A stretch of DNA of 62,971 bases, the filler included, from Intoshia linei (taxonomy: Eukaryota; Animalia; Orthonectida): assembly GCA_001642005.1 (NCBI GenBank). It is 8 parts of 8 records of this genome, joined end to end, with 100 filler letters (N's around TTAATTAATTAA, not from the genome) between each part and the next. Parts side by side here need not be neighbours in the genome. Positions count along the whole stretch, not along the records: positions 34,818 to 40,899 come from LWCA01001713.1; positions 41,000 to 46,825 come from LWCA01001741.1; positions 46,926 to 53,412 come from LWCA01001664.1; 5 more parts are not named here. One strand, 5' to 3'. The first letter of the stretch is position 1, and every line of letters begins with the position of its first letter. The translations under genes were made by a program, and so were the position numbers. This document shows positions 37,501 to 52,300 of the stretch, one piece after another. A model generated the notes under the pieces. It was not told the DNA's origin, searched no databases, and saw only the letters and a list, made by a program, of their open reading frames with translations.

Positions 37501-38550
37501 TTGAATGAGATGTATCTCTAGTAGAGAATGCAGAATCACTATCCAAAAAAGTTGGTTTTGAATTATTGGAATCGTATACTAAAACAGGTTGCGGTAGTAT
37601 GTGTTGGTTTTTTTCATCAACTAATTTTAGAATAAAAATAAATCACCTTTATATAAAAACTGAATACCTTTTTGATTTTCCATTTTTTTGTCCAAAGTCA
37701 TGCATTTTGAATAAAAAGTTTGATCACTTGGAGAGATTTCGCATTTAGAACTTAGAGTAGAAGAGGACATGAAATTTTTAATACCATTTGATTTTTTACG
37801 CTCCAACATATCAATCAAATTACTATACAAATCTTCGATACTATCACGCGAACTAGACATTTGATTTGATTCATTACAAATTTCTCTAAAAACCGAATGA
37901 ATTTTTTCATTACATATGGGAATTTCTCTTTTTTTAATTTTTTGTGGATTAAACAACCTGAAAAGTTGTTTAAAAATAAAATTATCTTGAATATTCATTT
38001 TCTTTTTCAAACCACGGTCAAAACTTGTATGAACAGAGTGAGATTTAACCAATTTTCGTCTGAATGAGAAATTAAGCGCTTTGAATTTATTATTTTTCTT
38101 TTCATATAAATCATTTTTCCACCCGTTTTCAATTTTAGATACCATTGTCTTGACATGATTGAAACGAGGAAATCCTTCATTCTTCAAATCAACATTTTTC
38201 TTTTTAAAAATTGCACTCATATTATCACGTTTCAACTCACAAATTGGATTTTGTGGCGACTTATTCTTTGATGTATTCATTAAAACTTTGTTGAACATGG
38301 CAAATGATTTACAGTCTTTATTGGGCTTATCTTGGAATTTATTTCTTATCATTTGAAATATTGATTTTGTGTCACCATTAAAATTTTCATTATCGTATTG
38401 CTCTTCCAAGCACGTGTATGAGCTGGTCGATTTTTCTTTATAAATATTTGTCTCGCTCGACGCCTTTATAGATGAAAGTGCGTTAGTGTTGTCAAGTTTA
38501 TTATCAATTTGTATACATTTTAAATTTTGAGTAATTTTGTCAAACATCAA
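37501..38550 (-). CDS. Orphan Lys/Asn/Ser-rich protein (multi-exon, ends uncertain)
   Basis: A 307-aa ORF in very AT-rich DNA is unlikely by chance. A GT-AG intron near 37667-37621 leads to a further in-frame exon (DEKNQHILPQPVLVYD..). No domain recognised. Confidence 0.6.
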
Positions 38551-39018
38551 TTACAATTATAATTATTCATTTTATTGTTATTATTTGTATCATATCCACG
38601 TCTAAAACCATTCAATGAACTTATGCCATAAATATGAAATGAAAACAGTCATGAAGAGGTAACATAAATTATTCTTGTCACGTATATAATTGTGTAAATT
38701 TGTAATAGGCTAAAATTGAGTACTAGAGCTTTCAGATTGTTTAATTTATTGATTATCAATATATGCTAATCAACATTGAGCCATTTTAATTAATTTAAAA
38801 GATTAAGATAGTGTATAAAACGATGCAAACACTACCTAAAATCAGTATGGCTAGACAAAGCGTGTCCAGGCACTGGTAAAATGAAACTTATTCCGATGCG
38901 AGTAACACTAATAAATCATATCATTAGCGTAACTTGAATGATATTTGAGAATGCGGCAGATGGTGAACAGATGAAATTAATTCATTTATTCTACAATTTA
39001 CACAATGAAATTTTAAAA

Positions 39019-40230
<1,212 letters not shown>

Positions 40231-41123
40231 TTATTTTAATACAAGGTTTTATAAACTGATTTCCACATCTTATTTGACAACTTTAAATAATGACAAGATA
40301 ATTTTTTTCAAAAATTTTTCGAATGGTAACGTCAAATTTTAGTACCCTATACCAGGCATTATCAACCGGGTTCATGTGGACCCAAGGGGTCCACAGCACT
40401 TTTTTGGGGGTCCATAAAAATTATATACAGTTATTACATATTATAGATATTTTCAGTAACATAAAGTCGTTTTTTATTAACTAACGTCATATTTTCAAAA
40501 CGTAAAGACATTTTTTCATAGTTCGAAAAGTTCACAAATCGTAAAATCGTTTTTTTAAAACAAAAGTCCATTTTATTTTCTTGGTTGTTGATAAATATTG
40601 ATAATAACGCAATTAACATTAGAGGTTTCTCGAAAAAATGAAAGTTAAAATGTATTATTCATAAATATAAATTGAACTCTCAGGAAATGATTCTCTTGCT
40701 TTTTTACAGAATTGACAACGCATTGTAGTTTTTGAATCTTTTATATGATCAATTGTATCATATCTTATTAATAAGGTAAAAATTTCCAATAGGTTGGCGT
40801 ATTCTTCCCTCCAGATTGATTTGTTTTTAGTTAATCCAAGGATAAATTTATTTTATGATAATGATGTTTCATCAACATCGTTATAATTCCACGTAGCTAN
40901 NNNNNNNNNNNNNNNNNNNNNNNNNNNNNNNNNNNNNNNNNNNTTAATTAATTAANNNNNNNNNNNNNNNNNNNNNNNNNNNNNNNNNNNNNNNNNNNNT
41001 TATTCACAATCATTTAATAATCAAATTAATTTTGTATTTTCAACTTTTTTAAGTTAATCAAATTATATTTTAATTGTATTTTAATATATAAATTATTATA
41101 AAGTTTTTAACCTTTTCTAAGGA

Positions 41124-41900
41124 TGTCTAAAAGAAGGCAATGAAATAACAATTACGTAGAATTTGGTTTTAGCTGTCATAATGATGCAGATGAAACCAAA
41201 AAACCTCACTGACAGTGTTGAAGTTATCGCTCGAAAAAGAAGACGTTTCGATATAGGTGGAACAATTGACAATTTATCATTTCTTCTTAATGTAACAAAA
41301 TTTTAGAGGCATAATATCATGTTGCTTACATGTTTTCTAAACAAAAAAGCATCATACCATCGGAAACGTTGATCAAACCCTGTACTCTAAACATTGCAGA
41401 ACTTCTATTTGGCGAAAAACAAAAAAGGGCACTTACATCAATTCCTTTGTAAAAGGATTAAAAATTTAGCAGAAGTTATCAAACTTCAAGTTATTGATGA
41501 ACTTCGAAAAAGCCTAGTAAAATTTAGTTTACAATTGGACGAATCTAACTGATGTGTTTGTAAGATATGTTGTGAATGATAACATTAAGAAGGAATATCT
41601 GTTTTGTGAATCATTAAATAAAACTACAAGAGAATTGATGTATTCGAAATAAATTATAAATTAAAATATATATAAAATTTTTTATGGGCCCTATAATTTA
41701 CTTTGGCCCCCAAATAAAAAATTTTTACATAATTCCTTGATTTTTCTAGTGGCCCTTTGGGAAATATAGTATATATGACTATGATAGCTTTAAATGTGAT
41801 ATTTGGTGGATTTTGGTGTAGTATGCTTAATATCTATCCATTTGTGACTAATATTGCCCTTGAAGTAATTATTACTTTTGTTACAACATATTTTTGTGAA
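41124..41900 (+). mobile_element. Buster-type hAT transposase relic
   Basis: Fragments YVEFGF, LIKPC, FSLQLDES, FVRY..EYLFCESL and FWCSMLNIYP..FVTTYFCE, with stops and frameshifts. Confidence 0.8.
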
Positions 41901-44034
41901 ATTGAATTTTTTATTCTAACAAATTAAAAAAAAGAAAAAAAATAAATTAGATGTCCGTGCCGGCATGCAAGTAAACCTATAAAAAACAATGCGAAGATTT
42001 AGCTTACTTCTTCAAACTGCTATTTCAAAGCAACAATAATGATCCCATTAAAATTTATGTAAATAAATTTGTTCAATTGTTATGTAAACGTAATCCGCTA
42101 CTACTTAATTCGTCTATTTTCTGAGTCTTTAACATTATATTTGAATAATCTATTTTTGATTAATTAATTTGGTGGTATAACCAGGGCTACTACATTTTCC
42201 AATCTTTTTCAATTAAAAATAGATAATACATCTACTAAATATTGCAGTAGTATTACAAAGCTTTTAGTGGATATGATAGTTGACACGTTTTCATTTTTAT
42301 AAAGGTTTAAAGTAAGTACATACAGGGTCGTGGAGAGGGTCATATGTCCCGTGTCTACAATCATAAGGGCCTACTGTTATAATTTATTAATAGGTATTGA
42401 TGAAAAATTTTATAAGTATATCATAATTTCAATAATCAATGCTATTTCTAATGGTTATTTTTAATTTCTAGATAATGAACGTTCGATTAATTAATGTATA
42501 GAGGTCCATTTTTAAAAAAATTTTTATAGGGGCCTATACCTTCCATCGAGCCCGGGCCTACTTCTGGCTCTCCACAACCATTATTATGACCAAATCAACT
42601 TTAATTCTTAAATTTTATTCGTTTAATATAAGTAACTAGTTAACACTTCATTTATAATTAATATTGTATTAATTGTAGTTTAATCAGGGGTGCACAGTCA
42701 TTAAGATCAATATTTAAGGTTGCATATGTCAAAAAAAGTTAAGAATCACTGGAATAGATGAAAGAATAAATACATACGCATATTAATATACTATACTAGC
42801 TTGTCTGTTATTTACTTCGTACAAAAAATAGCTAGATCTACTAAGGGACATTTTCCAGTCATGTTTTTAAAGAGTATTAAATTTTTTAATAAATAAACTG
42901 TATAACTAAACATGAAGAACAATATTATAAAGTCGGTACCACGTTTATAAGCTCAAACGCCAATTTCCTTTAAAATAAAGTTCAGTTTTAATTTTTCCAT
43001 AATATTTTTAAAATGATATTTATTAAGACAAACGTAACTCGAATAGATAGCGTTTTTTATTGAATGTTTTTGATTTCGAATTAGTTTTTCTATTTTAAAA
43101 ATACACACTTTTAGGGCTAATTGCCCATCGAATTCTAAAATTTTCAAAAAAATGTGACAACCTACTGTTCATAGTGAATTAAACCATATTACTTGTTGAT
43201 AAATCAGTAATACAGTGTAATTACCATAGAAGTTTGACAAATTAATATAAATTGTACATTTTACAATGTAAATATAAAAATTTAATAAAATTTGAACTTG
43301 ATGTAAAATAAAAGATGTGAAACCTGATTTGAGTTCGTCTGATTTTTTTTTCATTTTGAACTGGTTTTTATAGATATTAACTTGGTTTAATTTCTTTCAA
43401 TAGTAAATAAAAACAAAATTTGTATAGTTACAAAATTGAATCAGAGATTTTAGATATTTTAATACAGGATACTCGTATAAGCTACAATTCAAAAGTATTG
43501 TTGAATTGGCATTTTTATCCAAATAAATGTAAAATATGAATTAATTAGCGCAATGTTCGTAGTCTGGTTAAGTGTAGTAACTGTTACTATATAAAAAGTA
43601 TATTAATTTTTAGAGTTTGTATAACGTTGGATTAATAGTTAATTTAATCACTTGGTTAATCAAAATTAAAATTTAATGATGTTAACATTTCCATAATAAA
43701 ATGTTATTTATTGTAAACATACTCCTATCGATTGCAAACATACCTTATTGCTGAAAACAGTCTTAACGATTGAAAAGTTTGAGAACGTCTATATTGTGAT
43801 TATTTAAACAATACTAAATTTGATCCAAAATATTTAGAGTAATTTTTGTGGCACAGGAAATTTTATTTTTCTCGTAGCATATTTTTTCAAATAAGTTGAT
43901 ATATATTAAATTTTCAAGGTAGAGATTAACCACAGTTTTACTAATAAGTATTAAATATGCTCATGAAAATTGAAAATAAAAAAATGATATAAATGATTTT
44001 ATTTTCATTCTTATCAACTATTTAAACAATTATG

Positions 44035-45229
44035 TCAATAGTCGAGAATAAGTTTGTTAAAATTATCGTGTTTGACAACGAATGAGTGAGTATTTTCATT
44101 ATAAAACCAAATGTTTTCGAATTTAGTATTCAGTTTAACATCTTTACCATCATATTTATTGACAAATCTGAAAGCTCTACCCGTACTTTGAATAATGGCG
44201 TCAACAACCACAATTAATTTAAAAGCATTGTTTTTTTGTGTCTTTTTTATTGAATCTTTTTCAAAATCCTTATCTATAACAATAATTTTGGAGCATTCGG
44301 ATCGTCTGGGCATACTTTGAATTAAATTGTACACACTTCCAGCAAAATATACACTACGACAACGTGTCTTAGAATCGTATAAATTTTTTTTTTTTCTTCG
44401 TATATCATCAATTTTTACATCTATTTGTGAAACAAATGAATTGTTACCAACGGTGGGATCATCATAGCTTTGACTGCAATTTAGATTTGTACATTTAATC
44501 AAGTCGTGCAATGGACTCATTGGAGTTATAGGGTGATAGCAAACTTGAGGCCACAGCAAATTAATACTACCTTCATCATCACTTCCGTTTGTATATACTG
44601 AAATTCGTATCATTTGTTGTGATTTACCCTTGGTCATGTAAAACAATGAAAATTTTGCACTAATTAAATTATTTTTTTCTAAATCTGCAACTCTAAATTG
44701 TAGTCTAGCGCATTCGTAATAATTTTTGGTTTGATTCAAAACTGTTTCACTAGACAATTCACTTGATACGGTGCAATTTTTGCTAAATTGTATGGATCGA
44801 TTACTCGCGTACATTATTCTTATCAATACCAACCCTACGCAAATCCCACTGATAAGAATGTGTAGATAAGATTGAATGATTATCAATACGGTGCAACTCG
44901 AACAAGTCTAAATTTACATTTAATTTAAATTAATTTTATTAGGTTTTTAGTACATTTTCACACGTTCTGGCTCCAGTACCAATTGTTTGTTGAGTTTCAA
45001 TAGAAAATAATAAACATGACATGTAGTTATTAATGTTTATTAGACATTGGTTTGTTCCGTTTTGATTTAAGTGGATTTTCATATAAATGTACCATATTGA
45101 TGAGAATAGTATCCAAGTTAAAGGAAATATTCCCATTACAATCAGTAAGGTGAAACCAAATGAACAGTTTAGAACCTTACATATACACCAATTGCGCGCT
45201 TTAGTAATTATGAAATTAATTTTAGCCAT
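44035..45229 (-). CDS. KCNJ: Divergent inward-rectifier potassium channel (Kir) with a TIGTG filter; 2 clear exons (intron ~44953-44909), N-terminus uncertain
   Basis: M1 (FPLTWILFSSIWY), QCLININNYMSCLLFSIETQQTIGTGAR, M2 (IIQSYLHILISGICVG), IQFSKN, LQFRVADL, LLWPQVCYHPITPMSPLHDL, FKLIVVVDAIIQSTG and FENIW..NFNKL all map in order onto Kir motifs. Confidence 0.88.
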
Positions 45230-45726
45230 AATGTGTAACTAATAAACTTGTATGTAGATTCTACACACAAACTTTAGTTAAACAAAATTTGACTTATTTA
45301 CTTTTTCAATATTTTTATCCATTTTTTGCTACACAAATGCAGTATAGATTATAATACATTATCTGAATTAGTGTGTGTACTTTGAAAAGTTTTGTTGTAA
45401 TTAAAAAGAGTATATTACTGAGGCTCCGAAATGTAATTTAGAAAATTATCATCCAAAAAAAATTTCAAATGCTGCAATTTTCTAAGCCTCAAAATTTAAT
45501 TTACTTTTTTTATGAACTAAAAAAAAAATTAACTTTATTATAGTTATTTATAGTTTATTTTGGTTGTAAATTACAACTGGTAATATTGAATGCAATTATA
45601 AATGGTAATGTATTGGAAGTGTTTAAATTAACAGAATTACTATTTTTGTCATTAATTGAAATTTTTATGCTTATAAAAAGTGACATGTTAATTTATCATT
45701 GTTGTAAAACACGATTGGTACTAAAT

Positions 45727-46090
45727 CAGCGCTTTTCAAACGATGTCCCCTAGCAAATCTTAAAGATAAAATTTTTATATATTGTATTTATTAATATTTT
45801 TTTTAAATTGTTAAATTAAGTTGTAACAATGAATCATTTAAGGAGGACTTTACATGTGTATTTTTGTTAAATTATTCAAATATTGAAAATTTGATGGTAT
45901 GCCAATTTAATCTAGATTTAATTAAAAAGTAAGATGTTAATTTATTTTCTATATAATCATTTTATTTTGAGATTATTATTAGAAAAAATTTCGTTTCAAC
46001 GAATCAATAGTATATTTTTAGATTGGTGTGTCGCAAAAAATTTTCAGATTGAAATGTGTGCCGCCAACCAATATGGGTTGGAAAGCACTG
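45727..46090. mobile_element. hAT-type MITE upstream of the Kir gene
   Basis: TIRs cagcgcttttcaaac / gttggaaagcactg; TSD degenerate. Confidence 0.5.
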
Positions 46091-47005
46091 CCCTAATCAT
46101 TAAGTTCTAATGCAGTTTTTCAGTCTATACACACCAACTATGACGATTGGTATGATATCTAACATCACTATTTGTCACATATAGTTTTTTTAATATAATA
46201 TATTTTTTGACAGTCTGAATCGAAGAATGGTATATGAAATCATGTATTATTAACAGGACCGTGGAGAGGGGGGCTAGGGGCCATATGGACCGGGCCTACA
46301 ATCATAGGGGGGCCTAATTTATAAATTTAATAATAGGTAATGTTGGAAAATTATCGTATAATGTTCCATTAACATTAAAATTAGTGCTGTGTAAATAGCT
46401 TATATAATTATAATTATAGTGTGTGTGTTCAGCTTTATTTAAATAACTACACGTCTTAAAATTTTATCAAGTCCACATTTCAATTACAGTTTTTTCCGGG
46501 GTGTTTGCAAACTTAATTTGAACCTCCCAAACTCACATCTTACGGGTCAAAAACCCAAATTGTCCTTTTTTTAAAAATTAAACAAGTTGGAAAATTTAAA
46601 AAATTATCATAATATTAAATTTAAAACAATTATATCCTTAGGCTAAAATCCCAAATTCCTCTTCCTTTAATAATGAAAAAATCCCTAGAATTTCAAAACA
46701 TTTACATATTGTACAGTAGTATCCTGTTAAATTCTCCAACTCGTTTTCTTTTCAAAAAGAGGGACAACAGAAGTTTTTGACCCTTAAGATGTGAAATTGG
46801 GAGGTTGAAATTTATCTTATTATACNNNNNNNNNNNNNNNNNNNNNNNNNNNNNNNNNNNNNNNNNNNNTTAATTAATTAANNNNNNNNNNNNNNNNNNN
46901 NNNNNNNNNNNNNNNNNNNNNNNNNAAAAAAATAAATCATACAGGACAATATATATTTATTTAATTGATAGTATCCAATTTTAATTTTCGATGTTATTCG
47001 CACAT

Positions 47006-48757
47006 TTATGTTTGTATCGATTTTCCTTCTTTAATATCAGCTTTATTATTTTTGGTATCATCTTGTACAACAATAGTATTTTCTTTATCAGCTGAGGATG
47101 CAACTTCCTGTTCGACATCACTTTTTGGAGGTACTTCATTTGTATCAAAACCTTTACTAGAAATATCATCTGAACTGGTTTCGTTTTTTTTTGAATCCAG
47201 AATATTGAACAAATTATCATCTAGTAACCGTCTGGTGTGGAAACTATGACTTGGAAGTTCCATTGATTTTATAAAATTTTGATAAGCTTCAATAATATGG
47301 TTCGTACTATCATATTCTGGGTAAGGATTAGAAGTATTTTTTTAATTAATTTTTTTTAATTTCTATAAATTAACATAAAACATTATAACAATGTACATAT
47401 AATGTAATATAATATTACATTTAACAATTTTTGACTAAAAAATGTATAAATATTTTTAAAAAAAAACCATACAGTTGACCAATTTTTTTTTTTAAACTGG
47501 GTATTAATTTCTCCTTTAATTTTTTGAAATGATCCTACTTTTGACTCTCTAGAATGAATTAAATTTTAAATTATGTATATTTTGATTATTACTCGGCAAG
47601 ATCGATATCATCAAGCATCTTCATTTCTCCAACTGAACCCTAACATTTATACACGTATAAATATCAAACGTTTACATAAAAATTAAATGTGTTTTACTGT
47701 TCATTATATTTCTTTGCATTTTCAGTCAATGTGAATAATTCAGTGTAAAGTTTACACTGTAAAAGTTTTATTATACTTTGTTAGCTCTTTGAGGAATATT
47801 CTTTATTTCAAAATGAAATGTGTTAAAAAATTTAAAATAAGCTATAGAAATTATGTATTTACTAGTTGACAGTTGTACTACATACAAACACTTACCTAGA
47901 TCTGCCGAGGCGGATATTTTTAATTTACCACAAAACAAATTCAATAAGAAAATCTTTTTACAAAGGAAATTTTAACTACCAGATACATTTGACCAGCCAA
48001 TTTAAATAGGTAAATAATATTGATTTTAATATAAATGTATGTTGTAATGAATATTAAATTGCTTTAATGCATGTGAAGGCACTACTTTATGAGATTGAAA
48101 ATTTTTTTCATTTTTAAAAAAAAAAGGTAATCTGTTATTTTGATCGTAAAATTTATCTTTTTTAATGGTTGCTTTGATGATAATGCTTATGATTTTCAAT
48201 ACCATCCCAGAATTTATGTTGTATAAAATTCTAGGACTTTTTTCATTTTTTCAAAAAATGGTAATTTGAGGTTTTGGCTGTGAAGATATAAGATTTTGAA
48301 ATTAAAAATAATCATAATGTTGATGATTTTAAAATCTTGATCAGATATTTTTATAATTCTAGGACGGGTTTGAATTTAAAAAAAAGAATAATTGGGGTTT
48401 TTAACCTGATTTTCAAAAAAAAGGACAATTGGACTTTTTGACCCGTAAGATGTGAGTTTAGGAGGTTGTTATTTATAACTATTAAAAACTGTACCTGAAA
48501 TGTGGACTTTATAAAATTCTAAGACTGGTAGTTGTTGAAATAAACGTAACACACACAGACAAACAAATAATATTATACATATTGTATAAGTAAGGTTAAA
48601 CAAAAATTTATCAAAATTGCAATGATCAAATTTAAAAAAACAATATTAGAATTATGCATAACTAAATTGTATTTAAATAACATACCGATTTTGCAGCTTC
48701 TATTTTAATAGCGATAAAGCTCATTCCAAAAATTAAAAATATTGTTAAAATTTTCAT
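47006..48757 (-). CDS. Orphan secreted protein (signal peptide, dibasic sites, acidic C-terminus)
   Basis: Exon 1 MKILTIFLIFGMSFIAIKIEAAKS|GTATGT; short exons at ~47640-47593 and ~47550-47470; last exon includes ORF 47006-47263. The last junction is not unambiguously resolved. Confidence 0.5.
47862..48590 (-). mobile_element. Apparently full-length non-autonomous Helitron (~730 bp) in an intron
   Basis: On the minus strand: TATA-rich start plus tgtctgtgtgtg microsatellite, then subrepeats, then ccgcctcggcagatctaggt..tgtatgtagtaca..tcaa-CTAG|T end. Confidence 0.65.
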
Positions 48758-49361
48758 TTTATCGAATATAATTTATCAGTTAAGTAAATATTTATTTTAA
48801 ATGCAGTTAAACATTGAATTCAATCCAGAATCAATATGTAAATAATAGGAAAACTAACATTATGTTTATAATCATCTTACAGTATATTCTCGTTTTGGGC
48901 ACCTAATTTTGAACAGAGTATATAAATTGAGATTGATAATAAAATTCTAATTATAATCAAATTATAATTTTATTTATGCAATTCAAAAATGTAGACAATT
49001 TCGTGTTATATCATAAGTACGAAAATACCGTAATCGAGATCTTCTTCGGGTGGGGTTCAAACAAATTTTTGTAAAAACGGACTTATTTTTCCAAATTAAG
49101 CATTAAAAAAACTATAATTACTATACTATAACTAGAATGTCAATTGAAGAGCACATGAAAGGTGGCTACTTAAATCATTTATTAGCTGAAATTTTTTGTA
49201 TATTTCTGGTAAAACATTTCAGCCAGCCCTTGGATTCTATTGACAATTTTACATTATATTTTATTGATAAAGTTAAACTGTACAATAAATATTGGTGATG
49301 AAGGATTTGTAAAATAATAAAAATACAAGATATCAATCAATCCTAATTTGTACAATAATCA

Positions 49362-52300
49362 TTAGTGAATGTATTTGTTTGGTCTACCTCGACCTCTTTT
49401 TTTGCTATAAAAATATATAACAGAAAAGATCAATTACATTTTTTTTGGTGGTTCATCTTCAAAATCGAATTTTGTACCATGGTCTTCATTTATATTCTTA
49501 TTATTAGACGATTGTGATTTTAACTCTAATTCTAAAAATAATTTATTTAATTTAAATTTAATAAAACCCATAATACTCGAATTATACATAATAATTTCTT
49601 TTTTCAAGTTTTCTGAAACTACTTCCCTTAATTTTAAATGAGTCTGAAATAAATTATAAGTATAGATTAACAAACACATCAAACCTGGATAGCTTTCAAA
49701 CTTTTCGATAAAGCATTTTTAATGGAATCCTTTTCATATTTTGCAATAAATTCGCTAAGGCTAGTTGATATAGTGTCAATATTTAAAACACAGAGATTGT
49801 TTTCCTATCAAAATAAAAATAGAATAAAAAGAGTATAATCCAATGGTCGTTCTCAAGAATTACCAAATAAATCGATATTATAAAAATTGTATGAATCATT
49901 TAATTTCTAAATCTTTTAAAAAATAACTTCAAAAAAATATAAAGTTTTTAAAATTTTGATTTACATTTGTTAAAAATAAAATCGAAATTGATAGAAATTG
50001 AATAATACAAACATAATATAATAATTTTTGGAGATTGGATGGAGTGGTTTTTTCTCACAAAATTTTTTGTAAAATCGTAAGAAGGGAACTTTAAAATAAA
50101 AAACTTGAAATGGTATTTTTTATTAAATTTTATTAATGTGATTTTTAAATGTAATTTTTTTATTTTAGGTGAAATTTTTAAATAATCATATAGCGGTCTT
50201 CTAGGCTTTGGGATAAAATTCGAACATCTAGCAACTCTGCAATAATGTATTCTACAAAAATAAACAAATTTTTTAATTTTGCTGATAATAAAACTAGAAA
50301 TAATGGTACCTATAGAAATTCAGTTATTATGAAGAATTTTCTTTAATTTTTTCAATATCCATCATACCAAAATTCACTTTTACCAAACCTATAGATATAA
50401 ACCAAGGATATATTTTTATAGGTTATTTTTATACAGTAATACTCAAAAAGTTGAGTAATAAGCAGTGGCGTAGCGTTATAATGTAAAAGGCACATACCCT
50501 AGAAAAACTTAAAAATTATATTTTTCATTTTCGAATTTATAATTCCTCTTTAATATACATTTCTTTGCATAGGCATATGTATTATTAACAATCGAACCTA
50601 CCAATATAGAAGTCACCCGAAAATGAAAAATCGGCCTAAAAGAAATTTATTCCAAATGAATTGATGAAATTTTTGCAACCTGAGGCCATATTTTTCAATA
50701 TAACCATTTTCTCAAGCAATTTTAAAATGTCGTGTCCAGAGTCTGGACTCCAGATCGTAAAATGTGGCTAGGGACCTATTACATTACGCATCGAGTAAAA
50801 TTTGGCATATCAGGCTCGGTTCTACCCTATCGGAAACGAATCAGGTAGATTCTGTTAATAAATAATATTAAAAATCACCTCATCTAAATCCATTAATCGC
50901 TTTTTAGTTAACTCAATAATATCATGGTTTGTTTCTTCATATGATCGAAATTTGACTGTATTGGATTCAGCTTATGTAATAATTAATTAAGAAACACAAT
51001 AAATTACAATTTTTTAAATCTCTTTTTTTTGCAAACATAACAATCGATTCACCATTTGCAACGTTTTTTTGGAATTCCAAAGATATTCTAAAAATTTATC
51101 TAAGGCGTATTTCTAAATAGGGGTCGCAAGATGTTATTATTTATATATAAAACTATTTAAAAAATATTTTTCAAATTTTTACGTCAATTAACATAAATAA
51201 CTCTGAAATTCATAAAATAGCCTAATCAAGATAAGCATGCATACCTTTTGCTGTCAATGATATTTTCTTCAGGTTTATAAAAAACCCTAAGCCTCAAAAG
51301 AGGCTTCAAATCTATAGGCTCTCTAGGCAAATAAAATCCATTTTCAAGTTCTAAACACAAATCAGACGGATAAATGATAAAAAACTTTTGGAATAATCTT
51401 GAATCATTTTTTGAATATGAGATCGACAAAAATTTTTAAGTATATCTGACTGAGACATTGCCGAATATTCATCATCATCCATAACATCATCAGTAGAAAC
51501 ATCCTTCATCAAAAAGATACGACTGGTTTTCAACTGAATACTCATCATATTACCCTTTTTTCCATTTACCTCTAAAATGCCAACATGCTTTGGAGTTTCT
51601 TCGCCTTGTGACAATGCCGTAATCACAGTACTTCCAGGTTGCGTAATGTAAACTGAAGAAGGACCTAATGGAACCATATCAATTAAACACTCATGTTCAT
51701 GACCCCACAAAACTAAATCAATAAATTCGGGTATCACATTTTCTGGAATATAATTTTTTTTTCCGTGTACTGCACGATTTTGATGAAGTACAAATATGTT
51801 ATAATGGTCATAATAATTATCTGGTTTATCAAAAACAACTTTCCCGTTTAAAAAAAGTTCAAACAACACGGTATCTTTAATATTTCCAAGACCATATATA
51901 GCCACTTGTGTGTTTCCTTTCTTCAATATTATTGGTGATATTCTTATATCTTCAAAATTTGTCATTTTTCCAAAATAATTCATGAGACCGGAAGAACTGA
52001 GCAAATTTAGCGTACATAGACTCAGCTCACCTGTTGGGTCATCATGGTTTCCGTGGATACTAAAATATTAACATGAATTATTATATTAACGACTACAAAT
52101 ATATATTTAAATAATTAATGTAACCTAAAAATAGGAATGGATACATGTAAATTGTGATCAAGAAAGTTTGGATGTTGAAAATTGTGGTTATGATTTAAAT
52201 CGCAATTTTCAATGTATTCAAATGCAATGTTTTTATCACCAAAACAATATTTTCGTAATGCACAAATTGTATTGTACATTGAATAACGTGATGGTTTGTT

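Noticed and set aside
38840-38960. Relatively GC-rich island between DIMT1 and the orphan gene; possible snoRNA or other ncRNA
   Set aside because: No canonical C box (RUGAUGA) or convincing structure found by eye; a covariance-model search would be needed.
45230-45322. Upstream mini-exon (MDKNIEK|..LLVTHYG) that could extend the Kir N-terminus
   Set aside because: It is out of frame with ORF 44939-45229 by one base, so it was left out of the gene model pending read or cDNA evidence.
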